Shown piece by piece: positions 15,901 to 28,149 of a DNA stretch of 64,000 nt. Position 1 is the stretch's first letter; every line of letters begins with the position of its first letter. The notes below the pieces were generated by a model that made no database searches, was not told the DNA's origin, and was given only the letters and a program-made list of their open reading frames with translations. Origin of the DNA: Nageia nagi (lineage: Eukaryota; Plantae; Pinophyta); assembly GCA_050084985.1 (NCBI GenBank), contig JBITNC010000001.1, positions 26,846,001-26,910,000 on the forward strand, written 5' to 3'. A program made the translations under genes and the position numbers.

Positions 15901-16129
15901 CTTTGATATGAGTTAGTAATTACTATATCTTTTAAAGTAATATTGAGATAATATTTTCTATCTCTTAATGTATAATGTTTAGGGATCTATTTAAAACTTT
16001 ATTTAATCTACATACCTAAGACTAAATATTTATTCACATCCTTTACTTAGGTGAAACTAGATTATATGTTCCAACACTTCCTTTAATATAATTTAGAGGA
16101 TACATTACAATATTATAAATGATACAGTT

Positions 16130-16990
16130 CCCAATAACCAATCCATAAAAGATAAATATATTAGGAAAAGATATATTCAAAATTAGTATGAAATTATTTA
16201 TTTATAATGTAAGATGAATGACACTATCCATCAACATGTTTCTACAAAAGAAACATGATATAGAATTAATAATCATATATAGACATTCAATTAGCATGGA
16301 AAAATATCAAACACCATATATCCATTAAGGATAAACATATTCCCAACATGGAAAATAAGTAGCATCCATCCATTAACATGGATACATGAATAACATCAAG
16401 GAAAATAGTAAATGGCATAAACATATATTCCAATAACATGAAAATAACTCACATTCATTCAACAATATGGATACAAATGGCTTGGATTTCATCATATCAT
16501 AAAATATTATAAAAGAGCTTAAAAAGGAGTTATTATCATTAAAAAAAGTACAAAAACTACACATTGCTCCCTCTCGAGGGAAATGCTTTTAAGACTAATT
16601 CATTTCTAAGATAAGAGAATTTAGATTCAACTAAAGGTTTAGTGAAAATACCAAAACTATTTTCTTTAGTTGGATAATTTTTTTTTAATTGAACTATCTA
16701 ATTTTTTTTAATGAAATATGTTTGGATTTCAATTTGTTTAGTTCTTTGATGCATGATAGTTTTTTTAGCTAACGTAATTAAAGATTGGTTATCAGAAAAT
16801 TAAGTTACATATTTATCTTTGTAAAAATCAATCTCACTAAGTAACCTCTTAAGCCAAATAACTTCTTAACAAGGAAGAGTAGCACACCTATATTAAGCCT
16901 TAGTTAAGGAGTGCTATGGTGGGTTATTTCTTGCTACACCAATAGATCATACTTGATCCCAAGGAGAAATAATACCCATCATTTGATTTC
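16130..16990 (-). mobile_element. Copia RNase H relic with PPT and adjacent 3' LTR (left end approximate)
   Basis: Minus strand gives LGSSMIYWCSKK, DNQ, HQRTKQIEI, GIFTKPL, then PPT GAGAGGGAG followed by TGTGTAG at 16563. Confidence 0.7.
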
Positions 16991-17599
16991 TTATCAATGT
17001 TATCCATTCCATGATCATTATCATAATAACCATAAAATTTTTCTTATGAATCGCTCGAATATTATAAGGCTAAATTAAATGTATCGCTTATATATTTAAG
17101 AATTCTATGAACAATATTAAGATGTACATCAGATGGCATATGCATACATGTAGCCATCACATTTACATACTATGCAATATGCCATTATAAAATTACATAA
17201 ATCTAACTTTCTAACATCATTAGAATTATTAAAATGTGTAAATGCAATACTATTAATTACTTTTAAATGCTTAATGGATGTTTTTTAAAACCATGTTTCA
17301 TAATGAGTAATTACATTTAATGCATTAGTGACATACCTATTAAGCAAATAAATAACAATAAAATAACATTGCTTACCTTTGGAGAGTAGATAGAAAAAAA
17401 AAACAAGTTATTGAAAAATCTACCTTCTTTGATAATTTATCCTATGCTATTAATGCATCCCCATTTTTAATAGGTTAGGAAATGTAATATAAATTATAAA
17501 GTAATATTATATTATTATGAGACTTCTTACATCCTTTTTTTCCTTTCATATTTTTAGAAGCATTCTTCGTCTTATAGGTGGTTCATCATACAATCCTTT

Positions 17600-18700
17600 T
17601 TAATAATCAATATAAATCTATAAAAATTGATTTACCTTTAAAAACTCTTTTGTAATAATAAACCCTTAGAGGTGGTTCACTCTTACAAATACTTAGGTGT
17701 TGATATAAATCACAAACTAAAATAGAATCTAAGTATTGTATTTTTTTTTTTACTTTATGGTAAGCCTTTTATGATGTGGAAAATAAGTGCAAGAATGTGG
17801 AACTTTGAAGTTAAGATAAAAAGAAAAACTATTTTCTCTTGCCTCTTAACTCCAATAATGCTCTATGGTTATGAAGTTTGGGGTGGAAGCATTTTTTGAC
17901 AAATATGGAATAAAATTATGCAAATTCAAAAATAATTCATTGTTTATAGTTTTAAAATTAACAATAATATACAATATCCTATCATTCTCATGTAAGCTTG
18001 TTTACTCACTATTGAAAGTGAAGTTTTAAGATGATATATATTATACAATTATAAACTAACAAAGTTAGATCATCTTAGGTTTCCTATAGTTGCTCAACAA
18101 ACTTATTTATCCCATCAACATTGTAAACTAGGTTGACTAAAAGATTTTAATAAATGGCTTGATTTTTGGGGAATTTAAAATAACATAAGCGCTTCAAATA
18201 ACAATAGATTAAATTTACAAATTCCAAATAAAGTAATACAATATTTTTGGAGCAATTATAATTTGAAAACTAAAATAAAACTTACTAAAAAACATCATTA
18301 ATCCAAAAGTTGAATATCCATCTTATCCACATAAGGTTATTAGTCTCAAAAATAAACTTTTGATCTTACGAAACAATTCACAATATTTGCATTATTAAAT
18401 TGGTAGATGGACAGTACCTAAAACAACTTGGGATGAAAGAATTTGTAAGTAACCTAAATGCCATAAAAAATACGAATCACTTTTTTTGACCACTTTACAC
18501 AAACATTAGACAAATCTACAAGGATATTTATAATTATAACTTAATCCATTAATTCTTAAACCAATATAACTAAAATGAGCTTATCGATTTTGTTATACAT
18601 CATAATTATGTTATAAACAATAATTTAAATACATTTTTGATATGTATTTATATTTGGATAAACTTTGATAGGTCCTACAAACCAATGAGTTTAAAATGAT
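17600..18700 (+). mobile_element. 5'-truncated decayed LINE (RTE-X-like 3' region)
   Basis: Relics KYLGV, P.MLYGYEVWG, NNS..L...IGRWTVPKTTWDERIC in order, broken by stops. Clade assignment is tentative. Confidence 0.6.
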
Positions 18701-18939
18701 ATTAAAAGAATTGTATTATTTTTTTAATAATCACTTTCTTTGTGATAAAAAATGCATCAAAAGTTATGATTACCATTGAATTTGGGATTCTTTCTTTTGG
18801 CTCTCTTTTCAATTTTTGTTTTTGAAGAATTACCACTATCCTTGTTCTTCTAGTTCTATTTTTTATGCTTTTCATACTTTTGAACATTTAAGGCTATAGA
18901 TGTAGAAACATGATCTTTATCCTTGATCTAGCTTTGCAC

Positions 18940-19272
18940 TCTCTTGAAATTTGATGTTCTCCTCATTTTGCATGAGAAGATTTAAGAGCTTCATCAGAGT
19001 GGGAAGGTTGCCATCTTTGTCAAACCTTGTATTAAATATACTTACAAAACCTTTGAATTTTTTTCATTTAGTTCCTTAATAATAATAAAACATAACAATT
19101 TTTCATTTGCCCACTCACATCTATATGCTAGTAATTGAGTTCTAATCTCTCTCATATTTTCCAAGTAAATCATAACTTCTTCACCATATGATATTTTAGT
19201 GTTAAATAACTTAGAAAGTAAATAATACTTCATACCTATATTAGATCCTATAAACAAGTGGGCATGAAGCAC
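18940..19272 (-). mobile_element. Copia gag (UBN2-like) relic
   Basis: KYYLLSKLFNTKISYGEEVMIYLENMREIRTQLLA resembles the Copia gag KLF..KM.EG..V..HL....EL..QL pattern. Confidence 0.5.
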
Positions 19273-20959
19273 TCACATTGAAGGTTCAAAGTTTAATTCC
19301 CACCTCCTACATGAGCGATATTTAAAAATGGTTGATATGTTATGCAAACTATTAATATGATTAAAAGGACATTAAAAGACACATTATTTTTAGCTCATCC
19401 CATGCTTCATTGTGCTTCATACACACAAGGAAAATTAAATACATGAATTAAAATATCATCACTAATTGCTCTAAACAATATATAAATTGCTTGTTGGTTC
19501 TTTACGTTCTGAAGATCAAGCACTAACATTTTGAGGTTGTGGCTCTTCTTTGCTTACCACCTTCCAAAGTTGTCTAGCTTGAAATTTTGCATATCGTAGG
19601 CTCTCAAATACTATAGTTTATCCCTTCAAGAATGTGTTTAGGGATAAAGCTTAAAATATCATTAAAAGCCATGACTAAAATCAAGAAATTGTAATTGCAA
19701 TTTTAATAGGTACATGAAAAATGAACATAAACTAAATTATCTTATTATCACATAAAAATTCTTGCAAAAATGCTTAAAAAATATCTTTTAAAATAATACA
19801 ATTTTTTTTGAAAATATAAATTTTACTGTCTTGTAACATTCAAAATTTTATAAGTAAAAGACATAAAATTATGGAAAAAAAAGAGCTATTACAAGAAGGT
19901 TATAACTATTTTAATGTGTATGTAATAAATTATGCAACAAGATAATAAAAAAAATATTCAATACTTGAAAATAAAAAAAAAAATTTGATTTAAATATTTA
20001 TCAAGAATTACATTTATCCAAGCAAATTCTATACAATTCCACATCTAATTCAAAAAAGCTCTCATATTTAATCTACATAATAAATTAAAAATTTAAATAA
20101 AAAATCTAAAAAATAAAAATTCAATAATCAAAATCAAAACCAAATGAAACAAATTCAACTTACCATCTCTCTTATTCTTAACATTTTTTTGGTTAGTTAA
20201 CAATCGATTACTGCTTTAGTTATTTCGATAGAAGTAGTGCATTTGAGTCCAATAAAGTCTCCCTCATAGCAACTTTAATCTTGTGACTTCATGGATGTGG
20301 TTGATCAAGAGTCCACAACTTCCTTTCGCTAATTTCCAACTACCCACCCTGCGGGTTTGGTTTCAAACTCAAGTCCTTCAACTCACGAACTTAACGAGTT
20401 AACTGATGGACCCCCACATTTAAGCTCTTATTCTTAAGATTTTACTTTACATAAGTTTACTTAATTAACTATATTTTATTACATAATCAAATTTTACATA
20501 ATACATTAATAATAATTTCTTACAATTTATATATATAATAATTTTTTTAATTAGATTGAAAAAATCAATCAATTTATAACACTTTTAGATGCTTTTTCAT
20601 AAGTTCAAGTCTTACTTCTCATTTCTACTGTAATTTCTGTTCGAGTTAATTGTTTACATGTTGTTGAAGAGTGTTCGTGCAAGACACCCTTATTCTATGA
20701 ATTTCCGAAACTTAACTACGAATCTCTACACTCAAACTGAACATCTCCTGAGATAAATACACAACTATTTTTATATTAAAATATTAATTTAAAAATCACA
20801 TTCAGTCCCGACAAATCAATTTTTTTAATTATTTTTATGTTGAAGTTCTATATATTTTAAATTTAACATTTACTTCTTTTAAATCAAACGATAACCAATC
20901 ATCGTTATTATTTTTCTCTTGTTCATAAAGAAATGTTGTTTCTATGCTCACAATTTCGC

Positions 20960-21070
20960 TGAACAGAAATTTCTAAAATGTTTTTGGAGCACCTCGCCTC
21001 AGATCTTCTACCGTCACTTCACAGTCGCATCTCCATCATTTAACAGATCAAAACGCTAGGGTTTGTTAAA
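20960..21070 (+). promoter_or_regulatory. Candidate DEX1 transcription start / non-coding first exon region
   Basis: Local return of CpG after a CpG-poor tract, CT-rich UTR-like sequence and a telo-box-like TAGGGTTT at ~21057. A strong acceptor 11 nt before the ATG implies an upstream exon. Boundaries are not determined. Confidence 0.3.
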
Positions 21071-22613
21071 TTCCTCTGCAATTCACTAAATATATTGATC
21101 TTAACAGAGATGTCTTACCTTAGATCTCATATATACTAAGAGAATTTATATCAGTTGTATTATCTTATCATTTGTTTTATTTTTATTGGAATAATGATTT
21201 ATTACACTAGTTTAAATTTTTTGTGAGAAATCTTTACCCTCGTGTTATCTGAAGGCAATTAGGGTAAGGTTAAATTTTACGATCTTACTTTATTGTTAAT
21301 TTATCATTTGTAGTTAAAAAAAAAACTAAGTGTTTGATCTTAACCCTGAACTTATCTTGGCTTCAATGTAGCTTTTGTCAGATTTCAATGTGATGCTGTA
21401 TGAATAAGTGAATTAATTTATAGAAATCGAGGTGAATATTAGTAGTATTAATTTTCTATGAATTATCTCTAAGAATTAGTAGGTTATTTCTAGAGTCGGA
21501 CTTTGGTGATTTTATGTAGAGTAAGTTTTATTAGATTTTCTTAGAACTTGAAATGCCCTAATCATTTTCTCAATGTGTGATACATGATGTAATCGGCAGG
21601 TGTAACTGATAGCTTTTTTAATGTTTATTTCGTTTATACGATGAAGATCAGTGCTCTAGTTTTTTTGTTATGATATGTGATGCAGTCATTACCTTGTTTT
21701 AGTAGGCAGTTTGTTTGGGAATTAAATGTGCTTTAATTTCTTGACAAGGGTTCAAACCCATATTGCATACTAATCAGGGTATATTGAACTATCTAAGATT
21801 GGCACCCACTTAACTATCTATAATTGAATTTAAACACCATCAATCAGTGGATTCACGTAAAAGAATTCACCTCACTCTGATTATGATATAATTTGAATTT
21901 TCATTTTCCTGAAAGCATTTAGATTGGTGTGTGGCTTCCATCTTAGGGTCAAAATCAACTTATTACTCAAGAAAAACTCAAAAATTAACGAATTCATTTT
22001 TTTTGTCCTTATTTCATACCAAACGTTGTTTAAAGACTCTTAAGAAACTGAAATACGTAAACATCAAAATTTCAAACACCCATATTACATGTTATATGTA
22101 CATCTCCATATGTTTTCAGATTTTGAATTTGATTTCAAAAGCTCCATACTGTAGTTTCAAAAGTGAATACCATCATATCTATTGTACAAGTTGCACTCTC
22201 TGAAGTCTAGAGTGCCAAGAAAAATATTCTAGAATCAATGTTACATATTATTGATGTTCATTGTCCATTAAGGTCATGTCCCTTTGCCATTATGCATGAT
22301 ATTAGTCTTATCGAACAATTTAAATCCTCCTCATTGTATGTAGACATCACCCTCCTTGGTGATTTGGAAGGATTATTTTACAGAGTGCATTTCACCTTAT
22401 TTACCCCCAAATCTCATTTAATTATTCCATGCATAAATGCACTTTGGTTTGGTTTCAATCAGTAATATTTGTCTAAATTTTTTTTTAATGGTGTTTCAGT
22501 TTTCATTTTTGTGCAATGTATATTGGCTTGATTTTGTATATTTAAGAATTGCCTTTGGGAGAGTATTTAGTTTTATTTACTATGGATGTCTTGGTTTTGC
22601 AGGATACGGCATC

Positions 22614-22768
22614 ATGAAGCTTGCATTCAGCCTCATTCTCTCCATTTTGCTGATATCCAGTTATGTAGAAAATGTTAGATGCATATTTCAGTCATCATCC
22701 GATGACACAAAGGAGAGCAAATTTCGTCAAAGAGAAGCAACTGATGACAATCTTGCAGATCAAACCTT
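22614..22768 (+). CDS. DEX1: DEX1 coding exon 1 (signal peptide + KFRQREATDD)
   Basis: Acceptor TTTTGCAG ends at 22602, ATG at 22614, hydrophobic N-terminus, and SKFRQREATDDNL matching the DEX1 NKFRERKATDD motif. Donor GTAAG at 22769, phase 2. Confidence 0.9.
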
Positions 22769-23912
22769 GTAAGATAAGAGTTCTACATACCCAGATGTCC
22801 TCTCCTGTTGGCTGAAACATGAAAAAAAAATCTTGTTATTTTGAATATACATAAGAGAGATTGTTATTTTGAGTAAGGCCAACTCTTGCTTAATTCAATT
22901 GGCTTAGCAACATATTATAATAGAGATTTGGCTTGGGAGGCTATTGGTAAAACATGAGACAGTTTTGTGTTTGATTTAGAACAAGATAGTCAATCAGCAT
23001 TACTTTAAGATACATTTTTTTGATTTCTTATATTTATGCGTATTATGTGTATATGTATGTTTTTAGTTTATCAGTTTCGATGTTTGGGAGTATTCAAAGT
23101 GATGAAAATCAACACTTGATCCATCTTCACATACCAAGTATACATTACATCACACAAACACAACATTTGAATGTATGTATCAATAAAGAGTTGGAAATGT
23201 GGGTTTTGCTCCTTTTACTAGTGGGTCTTTGATGTGTTCTTTCTCAACAAGTCTCGTTCTCATCTTATGTAATATTCTTGTGTAGGTCATATCTACCTAC
23301 CTTATGGTTGTAAGTTATAGTTGGTTATTGTGCTTGTGCTGGACTTTTCCCTTGTAGGTCATTTCTTTTCTTTTGGTCATTGTATGTCTTTTCATTGTCC
23401 TCAATTTGATAGACTTGCTTCTTCAGCCATTCTTAGCTAGTTGTCCCTATAGAGTGTAGCAGGACTTGGCATGTGCTTAGGAAACTTGCTGAGTCATGAG
23501 TTGAGCATGAGTTCTTATGTAACTTGTGCTTGGCTCACAAGTTTTTTTAATTTGTGTTGACTCATGGGTAATTGTGATTAACTTGTCAAGTAACTCTTCA
23601 AAAAATCAAGTTTAAGGGAAAAACTTGCTGACGCTTGGAAAATAAAAAAAGTGACTTTAAAACATGAACTTTTTTGGAAGAGGCCTCATTTGGTCTACTG
23701 CAAACACTAAAATATAACGGGTGATAAAAAAAGCTCTCCAAACCTGTCTTGAATGTTTCTTTATCAATCTTTTGTTGAATTCACATGATTTTCAAGGTAA
23801 ATAATGTTTGACAACTGAATTTTGAAAGATTTTAATGGGGTTTTAGAGAAGTTTAAAGCACTGTTCAACATTCCTTTTTGATTGATTTATGTTTTCTTTC
23901 AGCTTCTAGGGT

Positions 23913-24457
23913 TTGAATTCCAGCTTCAAACATGAGCTCAAAGAGTGGAGGCATTGCAAACTGGGTCCAAAACCAAATACCTCAATATGTAACTACTATG
24001 ATCGACTAGTTCATGGGGGTCTAAATAGAATGCAATCTTATCTTGCTAGAACCCTTGGCCATGATGTTTGCTTATGTAACAATGTTGAGCCGGAAATGCA
24101 ACATGAAGTTAATGCGCAATTGGAAGCTTTTGTGGAAAAGAAGAATACTAAGAAGAGAACTCAAACAAAGATGGTAAGCCCTCTATCTCTTCCTATCCCT
24201 TTTTTAGATGAGCGAGCAAGCAACATAGGGGCAAATATTGGCCCTAGGGTTGGACATGGTCTTATGCGGACTGTAGCTAGATCCCCAAGTGTTGGGGGAT
24301 GCGATTTTTTTGCCCTTCATTCCTCTCTTGGTTGCCAACTCTCCCTTGAGGGGAATAGAAGGAATAGGGAAAACAACATGAGGTTGGAGAGGTATGTGTC
24401 AATTTTTGGTATTTTCTAGTATTCTATTTCATGTGGTGAGATTGCTATATTGGATGT
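23913..24457 (+). pseudogene. hAT transposase N-terminus (BED zinc finger), degraded
   Basis: W.H...CNYYDRLVHGGLNRMQSYLA...GHDVCLCNNV is the plant hAT BED pattern with mutated Cys/His residues. Confidence 0.85.
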
Positions 24458-27177
24458 TGTTGGGATGTTTTTCTTTACAATTACGAAGTCCACCTTAGTG
24501 ATACTTGGGAAAGGGCATCCAACATGTGATTGAGGTTGCATTACCAACCTTCGTTTGTAAGGACTGGTTATCCTAAGATTTCTAGTACTGTGAGATGTCT
24601 TTCACAAGGGTGATAGCAGCTATACTTGGAATACTCAGTGGAGGGGTAGAGGTAGCAACTGTTAACCACATTTGCTGTAGGCCTCAGAGTTGTTTCACAC
24701 CAATTGAGAGGATAGACTTTTGAGGATAAAACAAGGAAAAGAGCAAGGTAAAAGGTGAAGGAAAAGAACAAGGTAAAAGGTGAAGGAAAATGCAACGTGG
24801 GGAATATGGCATACAATAAGAGTTCATTCAAGAGCAAGTTCACCCATGGGTTAGCGGCTAAGTCACTTCCTTCTCGGGTTAATTATGTAATGTATACCCA
24901 CATATCCAATCCTACCATAAATGATAGTCCAAATTGTGTGTAGAAGGAGACTATAACAGTGTTGTCAATGATAATAGCGTGAGCAACCTCTCAAGTCAAA
25001 CAACATAAAAAATAATCATTAGCATACATCCATTACATGTGAAAGAGTAGATGATGTTCATCAAATGGTAGTCATACAACTCCATAAGATAATCATTCAG
25101 CTTTCTAACAAGCATACACTTGCGAGAAATGCACATAAAATATACACTAAACATAAGCAAACACCAAGTAAAACTACTCAAGTCTACAATCCCATTAAGT
25201 GAAACAAGTCCTGATTTGATTTAATCATGCACAACATTTGCTTACAAGAGTCACAAAGTTCTAAAACGAAATTGCAATAGTTTCCCCTCTTAGGCAAATG
25301 ATCATCCTCCCACAAATGAGCCCTCTAGGGCTATAAATAGTTTTGGGTGGCAATCTTAAGTGTTGCCCTAACCCTAATGCAAATTCAAATGAAATAACTT
25401 GAAATAAAACCTAATTACTAGTGGTTCAATGAAACGATGCCACATGTCATTACAAGATTCTGTCAACAATTGTGAGAGCAAATCCTCATCCATCACAAGG
25501 TTGAATTAAAATGAATAGTGTTTTAAGGTCCAAATTGAAATGAAATTAAGTAAAATGGAAATAAAATGCGAATTGTTGCATTTTCAGCATGCCTCTGCTC
25601 AATTGTTACTCATGAATTCATCTATCTCCTTCACTTATGCAACACTGGTCTCAAACACTTCACCTTCTGGCACTTGCAAGGGCAATCTAGTAGCCTGTAT
25701 GCATCATCGGGATGGTCTAGGACACTTTGTCTTTGAAAATTGGCTTCTTGGAGCATGGTGCATGCCTCAAAAGGTCACAATCTTAGCTTTTGAAGTGATG
25801 CGTTCATCCCTCTAGGTGGCTCTTGCTTAACTTTGGTGCTCTGGATGCCCAGACTTGGTCATTTTTCCACCTTGAATCGAACCCGGAGCTCTTCTACATT
25901 GAGTGCATGTCTTAGAAAGTCATATTTATGACTTTTTTGCCATGCGCTTGCCTTCTTTTTCTTATGCCTTAGTCTAATCTTCATGTTCAAGTCACTAGGA
26001 CCGCTACTCATCTCAGGCGCATGCTTTAGAAAGTCATGATTATGTCTTTTTTTGGCATGCACTCACCTCTTTGATGCCTCTATTGCTAGGTGCATCCCTT
26101 GGAAAGTCATATTTATGACTTTTCTATTCATGCGCTTCTCCCTTTATGTCATTTCATGTTGGTCTTGATGCTTTGAGGTTAGGACTTAGCCAATTTTCAT
26201 CTTGAAGTCTCTTGGAATGCCATTCAAGTCAAACACATGCTCTCGAGAGTCATATTTTCACCTTCATGTTCATCCAAGAGCCCTCCTAAGCCAGGCGCAT
26301 GCTTTCAAAAGTCAAGATTATGACATTTTTTGTCATGCGCTCTCCTCCTTGTGTCTTTCTGGGTTGGTTTGGGTGCTTTCGGGATCACACCTTGGTCACA
26401 CCCTCACCCTCAAGCCAAGCGTATACTTTAGAAAGTCATGAACTTAGCCTTTTTTATCCATGCGTTGGGCTTCTTGTGTGTTTCAAAACCCTTCTTGATG
26501 CTTCTAGGTCCTTGCCTTAGCCAAATTTTCCTCTTAAAATCACCTGGAACCTTATCCAAACCTAGCACATGCTCCCAAAAGTCATCATCTTGTCTTTTTC
26601 TGTCATGCGCTTGGTCTTCATGTCTCCTTGTCTTAGGCGCAAGCTTTAAAAAGTCATAATTATGACTTTTGAAATCATGCCCTCAGTCCTTTAACCCTTC
26701 ATTTGATTAAAGATCCCATTCGGAGGCTGGAATTTTTCATCTTGACCCTCTTCACTCTGTGTTGAGACTCCTCCTAACGAGGCGCATGCTCAAAAAAGTC
26801 ATAAATTTGTCTTTTCTAGTCATGCGCTCAACCCTTTTTTTGCCTTGTCTTTTGAGTGCACCTGAACGAAAGACGAAGTTTTGATATTGACACATTTTGA
26901 GATAGTCAAATTTTCGGATCCAAGGACTCGGTCTCCTAGCTCACATTGTTCCTTGAACTCTCCTATCTTCTAGACTTAGTCAATTTTGGATATCTTCAAA
27001 TCTGGGTTCATCATGACTATGACTCGAAGGGATATGTAAGACTTGGTTCTCAGTGGGGTTTCAAATGAATATGACAAGGTGAGGTGAGCCTCTGGCTTCT
27101 TGATGATCATGACTTCAGCAAAATTGTTGGTTCCTCAAAACTGCAAATTTTAGGGTGTGTTATGTTTGAGCACAACA
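24458..27177 (-). mobile_element. Large TG...CA unit, copy A (2720 bp, accessory ORF essentially deleted); probable solo LTR
   Basis: TGTTG...CAACA, flanks GATGT/TATGT. Both ends and the block CAAATCCTCATCCATCACAA are shared with copies B and C. Confidence 0.8.
25755..26830. repeat. Array of ~10 imperfect ~50-bp palindromes (copy A)
   Basis: GCGCATG-N-AAAGTCA-N6-TG(A/T)CTTTT-N-CATGCGC at ~25755, 25900, 26014, 26087, 26232 (partial), 26292, 26417, 26562, 26634 and 26780. Confidence 0.9.
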
Positions 27178-27182
27178 TATGT

Positions 27183-27309
27183 AAGGAGGCTATAACTTCC
27201 TTCTATAACCATGTGCAGAGAAGATACTGCTGTATTTGGGAGATCATTGACCGTAGATGGTCAAACCAACTTCATAGGGCATTACATGCAATAGGATACT
27301 ACTTGAACC
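27183..27309 (+). pseudogene. hAT transposase middle fragment
   Basis: KEAI...IWEIIDRRWSNQLHRALHAIGYYLN is the hallmark hAT RW..QLH..LHAA.YYLNP. Confidence 0.9.
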
Positions 27310-28136
27310 TGTAATGTCCTCGAACTTGTAATGTCCACAATTTTGAGAGTGTTAGTCATTTTGCATTTGTAATGATTTTATTGGGCCATTTGGAGTCGAA
27401 CATCCCTTTCATAGGGATAGTTAGGAGTGGTTTTAATATTTTAAAATAATAATGGAGCATTGTTAAATGTCTCTGCGTGTAATAATGTAATTTGAGATCC
27501 CAAGATATGAAAATTGTAATCCCAAGGGGAATTATGACACCTAGGAATGGTTCTCCCAGTCACACAAGGAGGGATGCCCAATTATATAAAGATGACACAT
27601 TCCATTGGAGAGATCATGCTTGATTATCATTTGAATTATTTTTCTATTCGTTATGTGGATGAAACCCTATAGAAGTGGGAACCCTAGAGGATGAACAACC
27701 TCTTGGTGTTGAGACTTGACAACTAAACCCTTGAGTCTTCATTGTTGAATTCATCCAAGATTTACAATTGAGCATATTAGATCAAGGATTGGAGACTTTG
27801 GCATTCAAATCTAGGGTTTTGAAACCCTATTGTGGAGTGCTCAGCCTTGGAGTGGGTATTTTTTCAATTTTCAGAGTTTCAGCCAACTTGGGAGTTAGTC
27901 ACCAAATTTTGGGGACCAATTTTGTGTGTTTTCAGATCAGATCTTGCCTCTTCAGAGGAATGCCCAACTCTAGAAATTTTACTTATGAGTTCTAAGCCAT
28001 TTTTCATGCATTTTGATGGATCTGGAATTTGTTGCCACTTTTAGAAAAATTAAATAAAATTTATGTGGCTGATATGCAATTTCTTGACAATTTTCTAATT
28101 TATTTCAATCATAATTTTTTGGTTGGATTTCTTACA
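27310..28136 (+). repeat. 5' LTR of the cargo element
   Basis: TGTAATGTCC...TTCTTACA; direct repeat of 53890-54705. Confidence 0.9.
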
Positions 28137-28137
28137 A

Positions 28138-28149
28138 TGGTATTAGAGC
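28138..28149 (+). promoter_or_regulatory. Primer binding site, tRNA-iMet type
   Basis: TGGTATTAGAGC, 1 nt after the LTR CA (canonical TGGTATCAGAGC with C>T). Confidence 0.9.

Noticed and set aside
3387-22465. Many 60-110 aa ORFs in the AT-rich region
   Set aside because: Low-complexity F/I/L/K-rich translations without motifs or splice structure; chance ORFs or decayed transposon sequence.
22437-22613. N-terminal extension of DEX1 predicted by the ORF track
   Set aside because: T-rich intron-like sequence ending in a strong acceptor at 22602; the signal peptide starts at ATG 22614.
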